A stretch of DNA of 64,000 nucleotides from Candidatus Wolframiiraptor gerlachensis (GCA_021323375.2 JAJPCT020000018.1:1-64000), one strand, 5' to 3'. Shown: positions 38,052 through 48,693, numbered from the stretch's first letter. Numbers and translations are program-made. The notes: generated from the letters alone by a model not told the origin.

Positions 38052-40331
38052 GTGAGAGGGATGGAGTTGCTCGCGGAGGTTGCGCGGAGGCTTGAGGAGG
38101 CTGTTAGGTCGAATCATCGGGTCCTAGTATACTTGGTGAACGAGTGTGTTCAACGCGGCATCTTCAAGTCAATCTTGGATCAGTTCATCGGCGTCAGGGA
38201 TAATCCCCGGATCCTACTCGCGTATAGGGAGAGGGGGGATTTGATGACGAGGATGCTGATCAACGAGATGCAGGGGGTGAGGTTCAGCGAGGTAAATTAT
38301 GATGATGTTGAGAAGATTCTTGGGACGACATGGGACGCCGTCATAATGGATGTTAATCGGCAGATGAGGCCGAATGACCTCGGGATACTCGTCGAGGTGG
38401 TAAGGGGCGGCGGGATGGTGATGATGATCGGGCCATCAGCCCGGGAGATCGACTCATGGTTAACCGACTTCCATCTGAAGTGCGTGACGCCGCCATTCGA
38501 GGTAAAGGATCTGGTGAAGAGGTTTGAGAGGAGGATGTTCTCGAAGACGATCGGGAGGTCCGGCGTCATCTACATAGACCCTGACGGCGAGGTGGCTTTT
38601 GGCGACATCCCGTCACCCCAGCCTAGGATTATCACGGAGCCCTTCGGCACAATCTTCCCGCGAGAGATCTATGAGCTCTGCATCACGAATGATCAGATTC
38701 TTGCCTTGAAGGCTATTGAGAAGCTCCTGCCGAAGAGGAGATGGGCCCTCATCTTAAAGGCTAATCGTGGGAGGGGTAAGTCAGCGGTCCTAGGCCTCAT
38801 AGCTGCATGCCTAATAATAGGAAGGAGGAAGAGGAGGTTCAAGGATATACTCGTGACATCGCCAGAACCCGAGAATGTTCAGATGGTCTTTGAATTTGCT
38901 TGTAGGGGGCTGGATAGGATTGGCGTGGAGTATGATCTTAGGGAGCGGCAGGGCCTACCAATAGAGCTGGAGTGCAAGTTCACGAGGATGTTCTATAGAA
39001 GACCTCTATCAGCATTGAATGCGAAGGCTGGGATAGCTCTGATAGATGAGGCGGCTGGAATACCTGTCCCAATACTCCTCGGCTTCAAGAAGAGGTTCTG
39101 GAGGGCGATCTACTCCTCGACGATACATGGCTATGAGGGTGCCGGCAGGGGGTTCATGGTAAGACTTCTCACGAGGCTTAGAAAGGAGTTCCGCCAAGAC
39201 TTTATGGAGCTGGAGATGAAGGAGCCGATAAGATATAGCAATGGGGATCCGGTTGAGTCATGGCTCTACGACGTACTCCTTCTCGACTCCGAACCGGCGA
39301 TCCTAGACCCGGATGAGCTAGAACTAAGGCCCGAGGAATGCGAGTACACGGAGCTTGACAAAGATAAGCTGTTCATGGAGAATGAGCATATCCTGAGGCA
39401 GCTTATAGGTCTCTATGTCCTAACGCATTATAGGAACAGGCCGAATGATGTCGCTATGCTAGCGAACTCGCCGCATCACATGATCCGGGCGCTGCTCTCG
39501 CCGAACGGCAAGGTGCTCGCAGCCCTCCATCTCTGTCTCGAAGGCGATCTATCGGATGAGCTGCTACGAGAGATTGAGACCCTGCCAAAGGGCCACATGA
39601 TACCATCGGTGATAAGCAGATACTATCCATACATGAAGAGCTTTGGGAGGCTTAGGGGCTTAAGGGTCGTGAGGATAGCAGTCCACCCATCACTATGGGG
39701 ACGAGGCTTCGGCTCCCATATTCTCCAGAAACTCAGCGAGGAGTTCAGGCAGAAGGGCTTCGACTGGGTTGGAGCAGGATTCGGCGCGAGCCCGCAGCTA
39801 CTACGCTTCTGGTTCAAGAACGACTTCTATCCCGTGGCGATAGGGCCGCTCAGGAACAAGGTTTCCGGGGAATTCAGTGTGATAGTTGTGAAGCCGTTAA
39901 CCCCGAAGGCTGAGAGATTCGTCGAGGAGCTCGGGAGAGAGTTCAGGCTCAGGTTGATAAACGGCCTCTCGGACCCATACTTCGACATGGATCTTGAGAC
40001 TGCTTGGATACTATTATCTAAGACAGCCGGCAGCTATAGGCCAAGACCATATTTCAGGGGCTCTCAGAAGATGAGGCTTGAATCCTACCTGAAAGAATAT
40101 GTAAATTATGAGGGCGCATCCGACGCGATCAAGTGTCTCGTTGAGGCCCACTTCCTATCAACGAAGAACAAGAGGATTGGGCTCTCAGAGAAGGCCGAGA
40201 AGCTCCTGATAGCGAAGACGCTTCAGGGGAGAAGATGGGATCAGATAGGCAAGATACTTAAAGAGAAGCCGGAGGACCTAATAAGCCTGATGAGGGAGAC
40301 GGTCATCAAGCTCTCGGAACATTATCTATAG
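38052..40331 (+). CDS. tmcA: RNA cytidine acetyltransferase TmcA/Nat10
   Basis: NRGRGKS, IDEAA, STIHGYEGAGRGF, HYRNRPND, RIAVHP..GRGFGS. Confidence 0.95.
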   Translation: MRGMELLAEVARRLEEAVRSNHRVLVYLVNECVQRGIFKSILDQFIGVRDNPRILLAYRERGDLMTRMLINEMQGVRFSEVNYDDVEKILGTTWDAVIMDVNRQMRPNDLGILVEVVRGGGMVMMIGPSAREIDSWLTDFHLKCVTPPFEVKDLVKRFERRMFSKTIGRSGVIYIDPDGEVAFGDIPSPQPRIITEPFGTIFPREIYELCITNDQILALKAIEKLLPKRRWALILKANRGRGKSAVLGLIAACLIIGRRKRRFKDILVTSPEPENVQMVFEFACRGLDRIGVEYDLRERQGLPIELECKFTRMFYRRPLSALNAKAGIALIDEAAGIPVPILLGFKKRFWRAIYSSTIHGYEGAGRGFMVRLLTRLRKEFRQDFMELEMKEPIRYSNGDPVESWLYDVLLLDSEPAILDPDELELRPEECEYTELDKDKLFMENEHILRQLIGLYVLTHYRNRPNDVAMLANSPHHMIRALLSPNGKVLAALHLCLEGDLSDELLREIETLPKGHMIPSVISRYYPYMKSFGRLRGLRVVRIAVHPSLWGRGFGSHILQKLSEEFRQKGFDWVGAGFGASPQLLRFWFKNDFYPVAIGPLRNKVSGEFSVIVVKPLTPKAERFVEELGREFRLRLINGLSDPYFDMDLETAWILLSKTAGSYRPRPYFRGSQKMRLESYLKEYVNYEGASDAIKCLVEAHFLSTKNKRIGLSEKAEKLLIAKTLQGRRWDQIGKILKEKPEDLISLMRETVIKLSEHYL

Positions 40332-40493
40332 CCTCTTTCACCAAGAAATTCTTGGCCAAAGCCGTCCTAATGCCTTGGATGAATGATTTACGTGAATGTG
40401 CACTGGATGTGATGTACCTCAATAGTCTATGTATGAAACTATAGATTATGGAGGGATGATATTTATTGTGATAACACGAGCTCGTAATGGGCT

Positions 40494-41531
40494 TTGGATA
40501 CAGCAACAATCGCGCTAGGAATAGGCTATTTTCTTTCCTTCTTAATGGCGGTAGCTCTAGGTGGAAATGATGCCGCAACACCATGTGATACCTCTGTCGG
40601 CGCTAGGGTTATCTCGATTAAGAACGCGCTCATCCTCTTCGCGATCTTCACGAGCATTGGCGCGCTGACGCAGGGATACATGGTAATGAAGACTATCGGC
40701 AGGGGCATAGTGCCGGCAATAGACCTGCTCGGAGTCCTAATAACGGTCTCGGTAGCATTCGCATGGATAATGTTCTGTAACTTCTATGGCCTCGAGATCT
40801 CCGTCACCCACTCGATAACAGGCGCCGTCCTAGGCTACGGGATCGCGGCTTATGGCCTCGGCCGCGTCAACTGGAGCCTCATGACAAACATAGTCGTGAG
40901 CTGGATAGCATCACCCTTATTCGCGATGCTCATGGCATACTCTGTCTACAAGCTTCTAGCGCGCATGATAAGAGAGAAAAACTCGCTGGCCTCAAGGACG
41001 ATGCCCATTCTTCTCATAGCAGCCCTCTGCTACTCGGCCTACGCGTTTGGCACGAATGATATAGCTAATGCCACGGGCGTCTACGTGACGATAAGCCAGA
41101 TAGTCTTCGGGGGACTGCCGGAGCAGAACATAATGTTCATCCTCGCGGCGTTTGGGAGCATCGGCGTGGCTACTGGAGGCTTCCTCCTCGGAGCCAGGGT
41201 CATCGGGACCGTAGCCTTCAGGATAACTAGGCTCGACCCGGTTTCGGGATTCGCGGCCGAGCTAGCTAACGCCTTCATAGTACACATGTTCACAACAATA
41301 CCATACATGATCATCGGCTATGGTATACCGATCTCAACATCAATCGCCGGCGTAGGCGCCGTGATAGGAGTCGGCCTCGCCATGTACAGGTCGGCGGGCG
41401 TGAATAAGAGGACTGTTCTAAAGCTTTTCATGGCCTGGGTTGGGACCGTCACAGTCACGGCCGCCGCAAGCTACATGCTCTACACGCTCATCGCGCCGGT
41501 AACAGGTCCCATACTTGAACCAAAAACTTAA
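40494..41531 (+). CDS. Inorganic phosphate transporter (PiT)
   Basis: GGNDAA and GTNDIANA signatures, ISVTH/PISTS, many TM helices. Confidence 0.93.
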   Translation: MDTATIALGIGYFLSFLMAVALGGNDAATPCDTSVGARVISIKNALILFAIFTSIGALTQGYMVMKTIGRGIVPAIDLLGVLITVSVAFAWIMFCNFYGLEISVTHSITGAVLGYGIAAYGLGRVNWSLMTNIVVSWIASPLFAMLMAYSVYKLLARMIREKNSLASRTMPILLIAALCYSAYAFGTNDIANATGVYVTISQIVFGGLPEQNIMFILAAFGSIGVATGGFLLGARVIGTVAFRITRLDPVSGFAAELANAFIVHMFTTIPYMIIGYGIPISTSIAGVGAVIGVGLAMYRSAGVNKRTVLKLFMAWVGTVTVTAAASYMLYTLIAPVTGPILEPKT

Positions 41532-41574
41532 TTATAATCAGAGTTAGGGAGATCATGTAAGATCCTCGGAGGTA

Positions 41575-42261
41575 ATGATTTTGGCGTTTAAGGGTCATCC
41601 GATGATCTGGCTTGGGAGGAAGCGGGAGCGGGAGATGCTAAAGCTCTCTAAGCTCCACTTCGACAAGGTCGTGGAGCTTACAAAGGCCTTCAAGGAGTAT
41701 ATTGCATTATACTCAAGTTGCAGACCGGAGGAGTATTCCAGCAAGTATCAGATGATATTCGAGCTCGAGAGAGAGGCGGATGAGGAGAAGGAGAGGATAA
41801 TCTCGGAGGTCTCGAGGGGTCCGTTCCACCCGATTGACCGCGAGGATATAATTAGCCTAGTATTGACCGTTGATGACATCGCGGCAAACCTGAAGTCTGC
41901 CACTCGAAGGCTCCTCTACACGGATTCGAGGAATGTTCCTGAGGCTGTTAGAGGTAAGCTAGTGGGGCTTGCGGATCTCATGGTTGAGATAGTCGAGAAG
42001 CTGGGAGAAGCTTTTAACGCGCTGATAGAGGGGTCAAAGGATACGCTAAAGCTCGCCGACCTAGTTGAGCGGAAGGAGGAGGAGATAGACGAATTCAGAC
42101 ATGATCTGATTAATGATGTGTTGAAGTGGGGCGATTCCTCCGGGAGGCTTAGCGACGTCTTGATGGTGAAGGAAGCTGTGGAGAATATTGAAACCGCATC
42201 GGATAAGGCCGAGGATGTCGCAGACCTCATAAGAAGGATAACTGTCACGAGGATCCCATAG
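41575..42261 (+). CDS. DUF47/PhoU-like phosphate transport regulator
   Basis: LEREADE, PIDREDI..DDIA, DKAEDVAD; downstream of pit. Confidence 0.9.
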   Translation: MILAFKGHPMIWLGRKREREMLKLSKLHFDKVVELTKAFKEYIALYSSCRPEEYSSKYQMIFELEREADEEKERIISEVSRGPFHPIDREDIISLVLTVDDIAANLKSATRRLLYTDSRNVPEAVRGKLVGLADLMVEIVEKLGEAFNALIEGSKDTLKLADLVERKEEEIDEFRHDLINDVLKWGDSSGRLSDVLMVKEAVENIETASDKAEDVADLIRRITVTRIP

Positions 42262-42667
42262 AATTGTTGCCAGTTGCTTCTCCTACGGCTTCCTGTGCCT
42301 CCCGGAGCTTGAGAGCATCCTCAACCGCCTTCTTAACAACACTCTCCCCGATCTCCCTGAAAGCCCTAACTCTTAGATTCGAGTAGTCCCAGATTATCCT
42401 CCCCTCGGATATAGTGTATGGAGCTTCTATCCTGACTAGATCGCCCTTTGATAATGCGAGATACTTGACGAGGGCCTCATAGAGCACAGAGTTGAGCTCA
42501 CCCGCCGCCCTCGCGACCTCCTCCTTATCTATCTCCCCGGACTTCACCTTCTGGGAGAGCTGGGCGAAAAGAACCCTCCTAACCCTATTCGCATAGGCTC
42601 CCGCGAGGACGACCCCCGTCCTCACAATCTGCTTCTCCTCGGGCCTTCCAGCCCCCTCCATAACCAA
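42245..42667 (-). CDS. DUF2258 / ThermoDBP-related ssDNA-binding protein
   Basis: TGVVLAGAYANRVRRVLFA..AAGELN..KGDLVRI..WDY. Confidence 0.82.
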   Translation of the reverse strand: MVMEGAGRPEEKQIVRTGVVLAGAYANRVRRVLFAQLSQKVKSGEIDKEEVARAAGELNSVLYEALVKYLALSKGDLVRIEAPYTISEGRIIWDYSNLRVRAFREIGESVVKKAVEDALKLREAQEAVGEATGNNSMGSS

Positions 42668-42752
42668 TATCTAATTATGCTATGCAGACTTATAAGTAAT
42701 CGAGACCCTCAAGGCGGAAGATTTACATTATACGTGTAAAATCACTCATCTC

Positions 42753-43400
42753 ATGGCCATTCTCGGCGAGAGGGAGAGAAGATATCTCAGGTCTAGGTTC
42801 GAGAGGGAGCTCTCCGGCAAAGTTAGGCTCATAGTCTTCACGCAGGAGTTCGAGTGTGAGTACTGCGCGGAGGTCAGGAGCCTCGCGGAGGAGATCGCGG
42901 AACTCGATGATAGGATAAGCGCCGAGGTATACGACTTCCAGTCCGATAGAGGGCTCGCGGAGAGGCTTAGGGTGGATAAGATCCCAGCCCTACTCGTCTT
43001 CGGGGAGAAGGAGTATGGCGTCAGGTTTTTCGGGATACCAAGCGGATACGAGTTCATGACGCTTGTTGACGACATTATCCAGGTCTCCAGGGGGTTCTCA
43101 AGCCTCCCAGCACACCTCAAGGAGAAGGTTAAGCAAATTGATCGCCCAGTCCATATCCAGGTCTTCGTTACGCCAACATGCCCCTACTGCCCGATAGCCG
43201 TTAGAACAGCACATCAGATGGCGATAGAGAACATGAACATAACCTCGGACATGATCGAGGTCCTCGAGTTCCCCCACCTCGCCCACAAATACCAAGTCAT
43301 GGCAGTCCCAAAAATAGTGATCAACGACAAGATAAGCTTCGAGGGAGCACTACCGGAGACACTATTCGTGGAGCATGTTCTCGCCGCTGTGAGGGATTAA
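42753..43400 (+). CDS. Protein disulfide oxidoreductase (two thioredoxin folds)
   Basis: CEYC, GIPSGYEF, FVTPTCPYCP, AVPK. Confidence 0.93.
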   Translation: MAILGERERRYLRSRFERELSGKVRLIVFTQEFECEYCAEVRSLAEEIAELDDRISAEVYDFQSDRGLAERLRVDKIPALLVFGEKEYGVRFFGIPSGYEFMTLVDDIIQVSRGFSSLPAHLKEKVKQIDRPVHIQVFVTPTCPYCPIAVRTAHQMAIENMNITSDMIEVLEFPHLAHKYQVMAVPKIVINDKISFEGALPETLFVEHVLAAVRD

Positions 43401-43435
43401 GCTTAACAAGGCCCAAGCCAAGATCTTTATGAGTA

Positions 43436-43804
43436 ATGTCCCTCGCAAGAATCCCCGTGAAGATTGAGATAGAGGGTCTTGGCGAGTTGGATGGCGAGCT
43501 GATTAGGTTTTATGCACCACTCACGGTCAGCGCTCTCGTCAAAATGCTCCCGATAGGTGGTGCTATAGCCAAATGGGATTACGCAATATACTTTCAGGTC
43601 CCGCTTGAGAGGGGGGCGGAGAAGCCCGTGAACCGCGTGAGCGCCGGCGACATCCTCTACTGGCCACCTAGAAGCTGCATAGCACTAGCGTTCGCGGACG
43701 TTACTCCGCCAGCCCAGATGATCAAGATCGGCAGATATCGAGCCGACTATGAGAGGATTAAGTTAGCCCAGGTTGGGTCGAGGATAACAATCAGGAGGAC
43801 CTAG
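43436..43804 (+). CDS. Cyclophilin-like fold protein
   Basis: APLTV..LP..W..IYF..GDILYWPP..IAL. Confidence 0.8.
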   Translation: MSLARIPVKIEIEGLGELDGELIRFYAPLTVSALVKMLPIGGAIAKWDYAIYFQVPLERGAEKPVNRVSAGDILYWPPRSCIALAFADVTPPAQMIKIGRYRADYERIKLAQVGSRITIRRT

Positions 43805-43809
43805 GCAGC

Positions 43810-44154
43810 CTACTTCTTCTTCGGCTTCTTCGCCTTAACCTCGGCTAGAGCCTCCTTGACCGGCGCGTATATCTTGAGCCTCCTATTCCCGACGACGAGC
43901 CTGACGAATCCCTTTCCAGCGAGGTCGCGGAGAACCTGTCTAGCGATCGAGATCCTCACTCCGAATTTGTCCGCCAGTAGATTCGGCGTAACATATGGTT
44001 GTTCCCTGAGAAACTCTATGACATCATCGATGGGCGGTGGGATGATGCTGGCGACAGCCTTCTCCCTCGCCTCGGAGACGGCGGCCGCTCCACCCTCCCG
44101 CGCACGCGCAGTCTTCTTCTCAAGTTGGCTCATGCTCGGCTTCTTCGGAGGCAC
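43810..44154 (-). CDS. rps25e: 30S ribosomal protein S25e
   Basis: KKPSMSQLEK, YVTPNLLADKFGVRISIARQVLRDL..IYAP; GTG start after GGAGGTG. Confidence 0.88.
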   Translation of the reverse strand: MPPKKPSMSQLEKKTARAREGGAAAVSEAREKAVASIIPPPIDDVIEFLREQPYVTPNLLADKFGVRISIARQVLRDLAGKGFVRLVVGNRRLKIYAPVKEALAEVKAKKPKKK

Positions 44155-44255
44155 AGCCACACCTCCCAGCTGAAGGGGGACGATACCCCCCATAAATATT
44201 TTGTAGCGTCCGAGGCAATAGTCTAATCCAGCTGGGCGTCGTAATTATTCTCGGC

Positions 44256-45086
44256 TTGAGGCTGAAGGACTACCTTGCTCAGAATATTCAGGGTGTTCCG
44301 GCGGAGTATCTCCCATCTCATGCAAAGCTGATGGATCGTGTGGCTCTTGTCAGGCTGAGGGAGGAGGTCAAGGGCCTTAAACGCGAGATAGGGAACCTCA
44401 TCCTCAGATTCTATAACGTGCGGGCGGTATATCTTGTGCGGGGTGTCGAGGGCGTTGAGAGGCGTCCACGCCTCGAGCTCATAGCCGGGGAGCCCATCCG
44501 CGAGGTAACCCATCGAGAATATGGCTGCATCTTCAGGCTAGATATCGTGAGGCTCATGTTCTGCCTCGGCAACAGTTTCGAGAGGCTTAGGCTCGCAGGC
44601 CTCGTGTCGGATGGTGAGATCGTGGTCGACATGTTCGCCGGGATAGGGCAGTTCACGATCCCGATAACGGTCATCGCGAACCCGGAGAAGGTCTACGCGA
44701 TAGAAATAAACCCGGAGGCATATGCCTACCTCGCCGAGAACATTAGGCTGAATGGGGTTGAGGATAGGGCTCAGCCGATTCTCGGGGATTGTAGGAGGGT
44801 TGCCGAGGAGGAGCTGCGCGGCATCGCGGACCGCGTCATCATGGGCTACTTCTGGGGCACGATCGAGGCTCTCAGCCCAGCCCTAGGAGCCCTCAAGCCC
44901 GAGGGGGGAATAATACATTTCCATGACCTCGCGAGAAGAGGTGGTGAGAGGGAGTTCGTCGAGAATGTATTGGAGAGGGCGAGACGGATGGGATATAGGG
45001 TCGAGCTCCTAGGGTGGAGGCGGGTCAAGAGCTACTCGAGGACGAGAAACCACGTGGTGATAGATTTCTTCGCGACGCGTATCTGA
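44256..45086 (+). CDS. Trm5/Taw2 (Met-10)-family tRNA-modifying SAM transferase
   Basis: HREYGC.F.LD, VDMFAGIGQF, EINPEAY, ADRVIMGY, VKSYS. Confidence 0.88.
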   Translation: MRLKDYLAQNIQGVPAEYLPSHAKLMDRVALVRLREEVKGLKREIGNLILRFYNVRAVYLVRGVEGVERRPRLELIAGEPIREVTHREYGCIFRLDIVRLMFCLGNSFERLRLAGLVSDGEIVVDMFAGIGQFTIPITVIANPEKVYAIEINPEAYAYLAENIRLNGVEDRAQPILGDCRRVAEEELRGIADRVIMGYFWGTIEALSPALGALKPEGGIIHFHDLARRGGEREFVENVLERARRMGYRVELLGWRRVKSYSRTRNHVVIDFFATRI

Positions 45087-45133
45087 GTCTTCGGCAAAGC
45101 TTATTACCGGTGGATCTGCGGGATAGCAGTGTA

Positions 45134-46115
45134 ATGCCCGGCGGGATTTCTAGGAGGAGGTTCATGAAGCTTCTAGGCGGAGCTGCTGCCGCCATAGGCT
45201 TAGCATCACTCGGATATTCGCTGGGATGTTTTAGCGCCGGTGAGAGGGCTACCCTTGGGAGGAGCGTTAGCGGGAAATACTTCACCACCCTCGAGAGGCC
45301 GCTGGTATCGCTGGTTAAGGGCCGCGATGTTGATGCAATGGTGAGGAGGGCAATCGAGGCCATCGGAGGGGTCGAGGCGCTTGTGAGCCCGGATTCCAAG
45401 GTTCTGATAAAGTCTAATGTCGGCTTCAATAGACTGAGGCCGTAACATCGCCGGAGGTGCTGAGAGCTGTGATAGAGGTTGTCAAGGATGCCGGCCCCAG
45501 GGAGATAATAGTGGCTGAGAGCGCCGTCCGCGGCTATAATACATCTAGCAACTTCGAGGCAACCGGGGTAGCTGATGTGGTGAGGGGGCTTGGCGTGCGC
45601 TTAGTGGACTTGGATAAGAGTAGCGAGGTCGTCAAGGTTAAGACCTTGGGAAGGCTCCTTGGCGAGGTCAGCATCTTCAAGCTAGCATATGATGCTGATG
45701 TCATAATAAGTGTCCCGAAGCTTAAGAGGCACTCTCAAGCAATTGTCACGATCTCCATGAAGAATATGATGGGGATTCTGCCGGGTGATCAGAAGGGCAT
45801 GTTCCACGTGTTGGGGCTGCAGCAGTGTATAGCCGATCTGAACACCGTGTTCAGGCCGGATCTGGCGATAGTTGACGCGACCGAGGTCATGACGGTCAGC
45901 GGGCCGGGGATGGGCAGGATGGTTCCGGGAGAAGCAATTCTAGTGAGCAGGGACCCGGTAGCGCTGGACCTCATAGCAGCTGAATACCTCTTTAGGCTCG
46001 AGGGAGATGAGAACCCGCTTGAGACAGCATTAAATGTGCCGCATATCCGGCCGAGCTCGGCATAGGCATAAACGACCCATCGAGAATACGCGTGGTCGAG
46101 GAGAAGACGAGTTGA
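45134..46115 (+). pseudogene. Tat-exported DUF362 protein with two frameshifts
   Basis: SRRRFMK Tat motif, VLIKSN, PKLKRH..SMKNMMG, DPVALD; frame breaks near 45434 and 46049 (continues AELGIG..*). Confidence 0.78.
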
Positions 46116-46723
46116 CCACACGAAGAGAATTATTCAGGATGATGCTGGGGCTCCTCTTCATCCCATTAGCCGGCGGTTTTCTCTCGATGCTACCGGGCGG
46201 AAGGGTAGTGCGGCCCCCGGGCGCCGTAGACGAGAGGCTCTTCCTAGAGCTCTGCACACGCTGTGGAATATGCGTGAAGGCATGCTCCAGTGAGGGGAGG
46301 GGCACACTCGAGCCCTGCGGGCTCCTGGATGGAGTGTCCATGATGGGCACGCCCAAGGTCAATCCTCTGAGAGCTCCCTGCGAGTCCCGATATGGGATGT
46401 GTGAGGGCAGGCTTCCATGCGTCAGGTCCTGCCCCACAGGAGCCTTGAGATGGATCGAGCCCGAGGAGATAAAGTTAGGATCTGTTAGCTGGAGCCCTGA
46501 TCGCTGCATCGCGGTTCTTGGGGGCGAGTGCCTGGTCTGCGCTGAAGTATGTCCGGCGCCCGGCGCGATAACCCCGAGAAATGGGATCCCGGTCTTCCAT
46601 AGCAATAGGTGCGTGGGGTGTGGGCGATGCGTCTACGCATGTCCAGCCGATCCAAAGGCATTAAACCTCATGCCTGAGGGAGAGAGGAGGCATCATTGGG
46701 ATCGAGCAGGTTTCTCAAGATAA
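46112..46723 (+). CDS. MauM/NapG-type polyferredoxin
   Basis: TTG start overlapping upstream TGA, TRRELF, RPPGA, CTRCGIC, four Cys clusters. Confidence 0.88.
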   Translation: MTTRRELFRMMLGLLFIPLAGGFLSMLPGGRVVRPPGAVDERLFLELCTRCGICVKACSSEGRGTLEPCGLLDGVSMMGTPKVNPLRAPCESRYGMCEGRLPCVRSCPTGALRWIEPEEIKLGSVSWSPDRCIAVLGGECLVCAEVCPAPGAITPRNGIPVFHSNRCVGCGRCVYACPADPKALNLMPEGERRHHWDRAGFSR

Positions 46724-47475
46724 ACCTGCTAACGGTCGCGGCGGTCATAGCCGCCTACGTGATCCTAAATTCATTCGGCGTGGCTTGGGGTGGATACTGC
46801 CTACTATCCCTCGGCAACATCCTCTTCATCTGCCCGCTGGGCTTTTTCCAGCGCCCAAGCCTTGTTGAGGCCACCACCCACACAACCCTCATAGGCCTAG
46901 CGATCACGTTGGCTCTAATCGCGCTGCATGGAAGGATCTTCTGCGGCTGGATATGTCCCATAGGGATAGGACTCCGCCTCCTGAAACACGATAAGGGTAA
47001 TGGCCGCGGGATAATCCTCGTATTCTCGATAAGCATGGCCTCGATGCTTATCACATCATGGATTCTAGGCTTCCCAATATTCTGCCTCGTATGCCCGATC
47101 GGGATCGTGAGCAGGATTATCGCCTCCGCCCTAGCTGGATCACTCGACTTATGGAGCATACTTTGGGGGATAATTATATTCGCGGTGATAACGCTAGTGC
47201 TTAGAATACGTAATTGGTGTGGTGGTGTATGCCCGCTAGGCGCTCTCCAAGCACTCCTAAGCCCCCTCAAGATACTGAGGATAAAGGTGAGCAGTAGATG
47301 CACGAGGTGCAGAATCTGCGCGAGAAGCTGTCCACTAGGCCTAGAAATACATGAGGACAGGGTGATTGATTACATGAGCTGCACGGCTTGCATGAAATGT
47401 ATTGCAGAGTGCCCCTTTAAGGCGCTAAAGCCCGCCCTGAGCAGCCCATTATCCTCCATGAGGTCGAGAGGTTAG
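46696..47475 (+). CDS. NapH/MauN-type membrane 4Fe-4S protein
   Basis: GRIFCGWICP, FCLVCPIG, WCGGVCPLG, two CxxCxxCxxxCP. Confidence 0.88.
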   Translation: MGSSRFLKINLLTVAAVIAAYVILNSFGVAWGGYCLLSLGNILFICPLGFFQRPSLVEATTHTTLIGLAITLALIALHGRIFCGWICPIGIGLRLLKHDKGNGRGIILVFSISMASMLITSWILGFPIFCLVCPIGIVSRIIASALAGSLDLWSILWGIIIFAVITLVLRIRNWCGGVCPLGALQALLSPLKILRIKVSSRCTRCRICARSCPLGLEIHEDRVIDYMSCTACMKCIAECPFKALKPALSSPLSSMRSRG

Positions 47476-47495
47476 TTGCTGGATCTCAAGACAAT

Positions 47496-47532
47496 GCTTA
47501 GATAATTATGCTTCGGCTTAGATAATTATGCT
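47496..47532. repeat. 17-bp direct repeat duplicating the rpl14 3' end
   Basis: GCTTAGATAATTATGCT at 47496-512 and 47516-532. Confidence 0.9.
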
Positions 47533-47952
47533 CGCGGCGTTGGCTATTCTGGGCCAGCGTTCAGCAGCCTCCCTGGCCACGGGCCCCTTGATCTCTGTCG
47601 CCTTGAGATCTCCCTCAGGCGTTACTAGGACCGCTGCAGTATCCTCAAACATTATCCATGTTCCATCAGGCCTACGATACGGCTTCCTCTGCCTTATTAT
47701 CACGGCATGCATCGGCTTCTTCCTAAGGTCTATCGGCCCCTTCTTCACTGTGACCGAGACTAGGTCTCCGACGGCGGCGCATGGATGCCTCCCCCTCCTA
47801 GTCTTAATGCCATGTACTTGGATTATTTTGAGGAGCTGGGCTCCCGAGTTATCGGCGCATGGGATGAGAGAGCCCACGTTAATAGTCCTTGGCAGGTCAG
47901 GCCTCCTCTCGAGAATTCCTACAGCCGCGACCGCCCTACTCCTCTTGGACAT
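47518..47952 (-). CDS. rpl14: 50S ribosomal protein L14
   Basis: CADNSGA, VKKG, RQRKPYRRPDG, KGPVAREAAERWP. Confidence 0.97.
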   Translation of the reverse strand: MSKRSRAVAAVGILERRPDLPRTINVGSLIPCADNSGAQLLKIIQVHGIKTRRGRHPCAAVGDLVSVTVKKGPIDLRKKPMHAVIIRQRKPYRRPDGTWIMFEDTAAVLVTPEGDLKATEIKGPVAREAAERWPRIANAASIII

Positions 47953-47993
47953 ACTGCACCACCTCCCCTAGGATTTCCGGGGCTTTTTAAGGA

Positions 47994-48338
47994 TCACTTC
48001 TCCTCAAGCTTCTCAATAACCACGAAGTGGACGGTCTTGCTGAGAGGCCTACATTCCGCGATCCTCACCTTATCCCCCTCCTTGACATCTATGCATGGCG
48101 GGAGGTGTGCGGGTATATTGCTCCTCCTCCGCTCATATCTTTTATACTTCCTCACGTAATGGAGATACTCCCGCCTAACGATGATCGTCCTAGTCATCCT
48201 CTTCTTATAGACGACCCCAGTGAGGATTATCCCCCTAACCTTCAAGTGGCCGTGGAATGGGCATCTCGGGTCATCGCACTCCCTCTCCGGGGGCTTGACC
48301 GGTAGCCCGATGTCCTTTGCAGGCATACTCACACTCAC
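47994..48338 (-). CDS. rps17: 30S ribosomal protein S17
   Basis: [26 protein letters not shown]. Confidence 0.97.
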   Translation of the reverse strand: MSVSMPAKDIGLPVKPPERECDDPRCPFHGHLKVRGIILTGVVYKKRMTRTIIVRREYLHYVRKYKRYERRRSNIPAHLPPCIDVKEGDKVRIAECRPLSKTVHFVVIEKLEEK

Positions 48339-48405
48339 TCTCCTCCTCGAGTCGCTAGCGCTGGCACCGACTCGGAACAGCCTCTTAATAATGTTTCCAG
48401 CCCTC

Positions 48406-48693
48406 CTACCATCTCCTCAGCCTCCTCTTCAGCCTCTCCTCCGGCCTGCCGACAAGAACCCTTCCATCCACAAGGACCTTCTCGCCCGATGGGAGCTCGA
48501 AAATGAACCTGTAGGCGTTCTTCGGCAGGCTCACGATCCTGCCATCATCCATCAACATCTTGAGCATGTTCCTCGTCTCGCCCACGATCTCACCGACATG
48601 CGTGAATCCTCCCTTCAGGGGCTTAGCCCTGGCCCTCAACCCCAGAAGCTCATGCCTCGCCAAATTTCTCGGCGTAAGCGTCCTAGACCTCAT
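48406..48693 (-). CDS. rnp1: RNase P protein subunit Rpp29
   Basis: [29 protein letters not shown]. Confidence 0.92.
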   Translation of the reverse strand: MRSRTLTPRNLARHELLGLRARAKPLKGGFTHVGEIVGETRNMLKMLMDDGRIVSLPKNAYRFIFELPSGEKVLVDGRVLVGRPEERLKRRLRRW

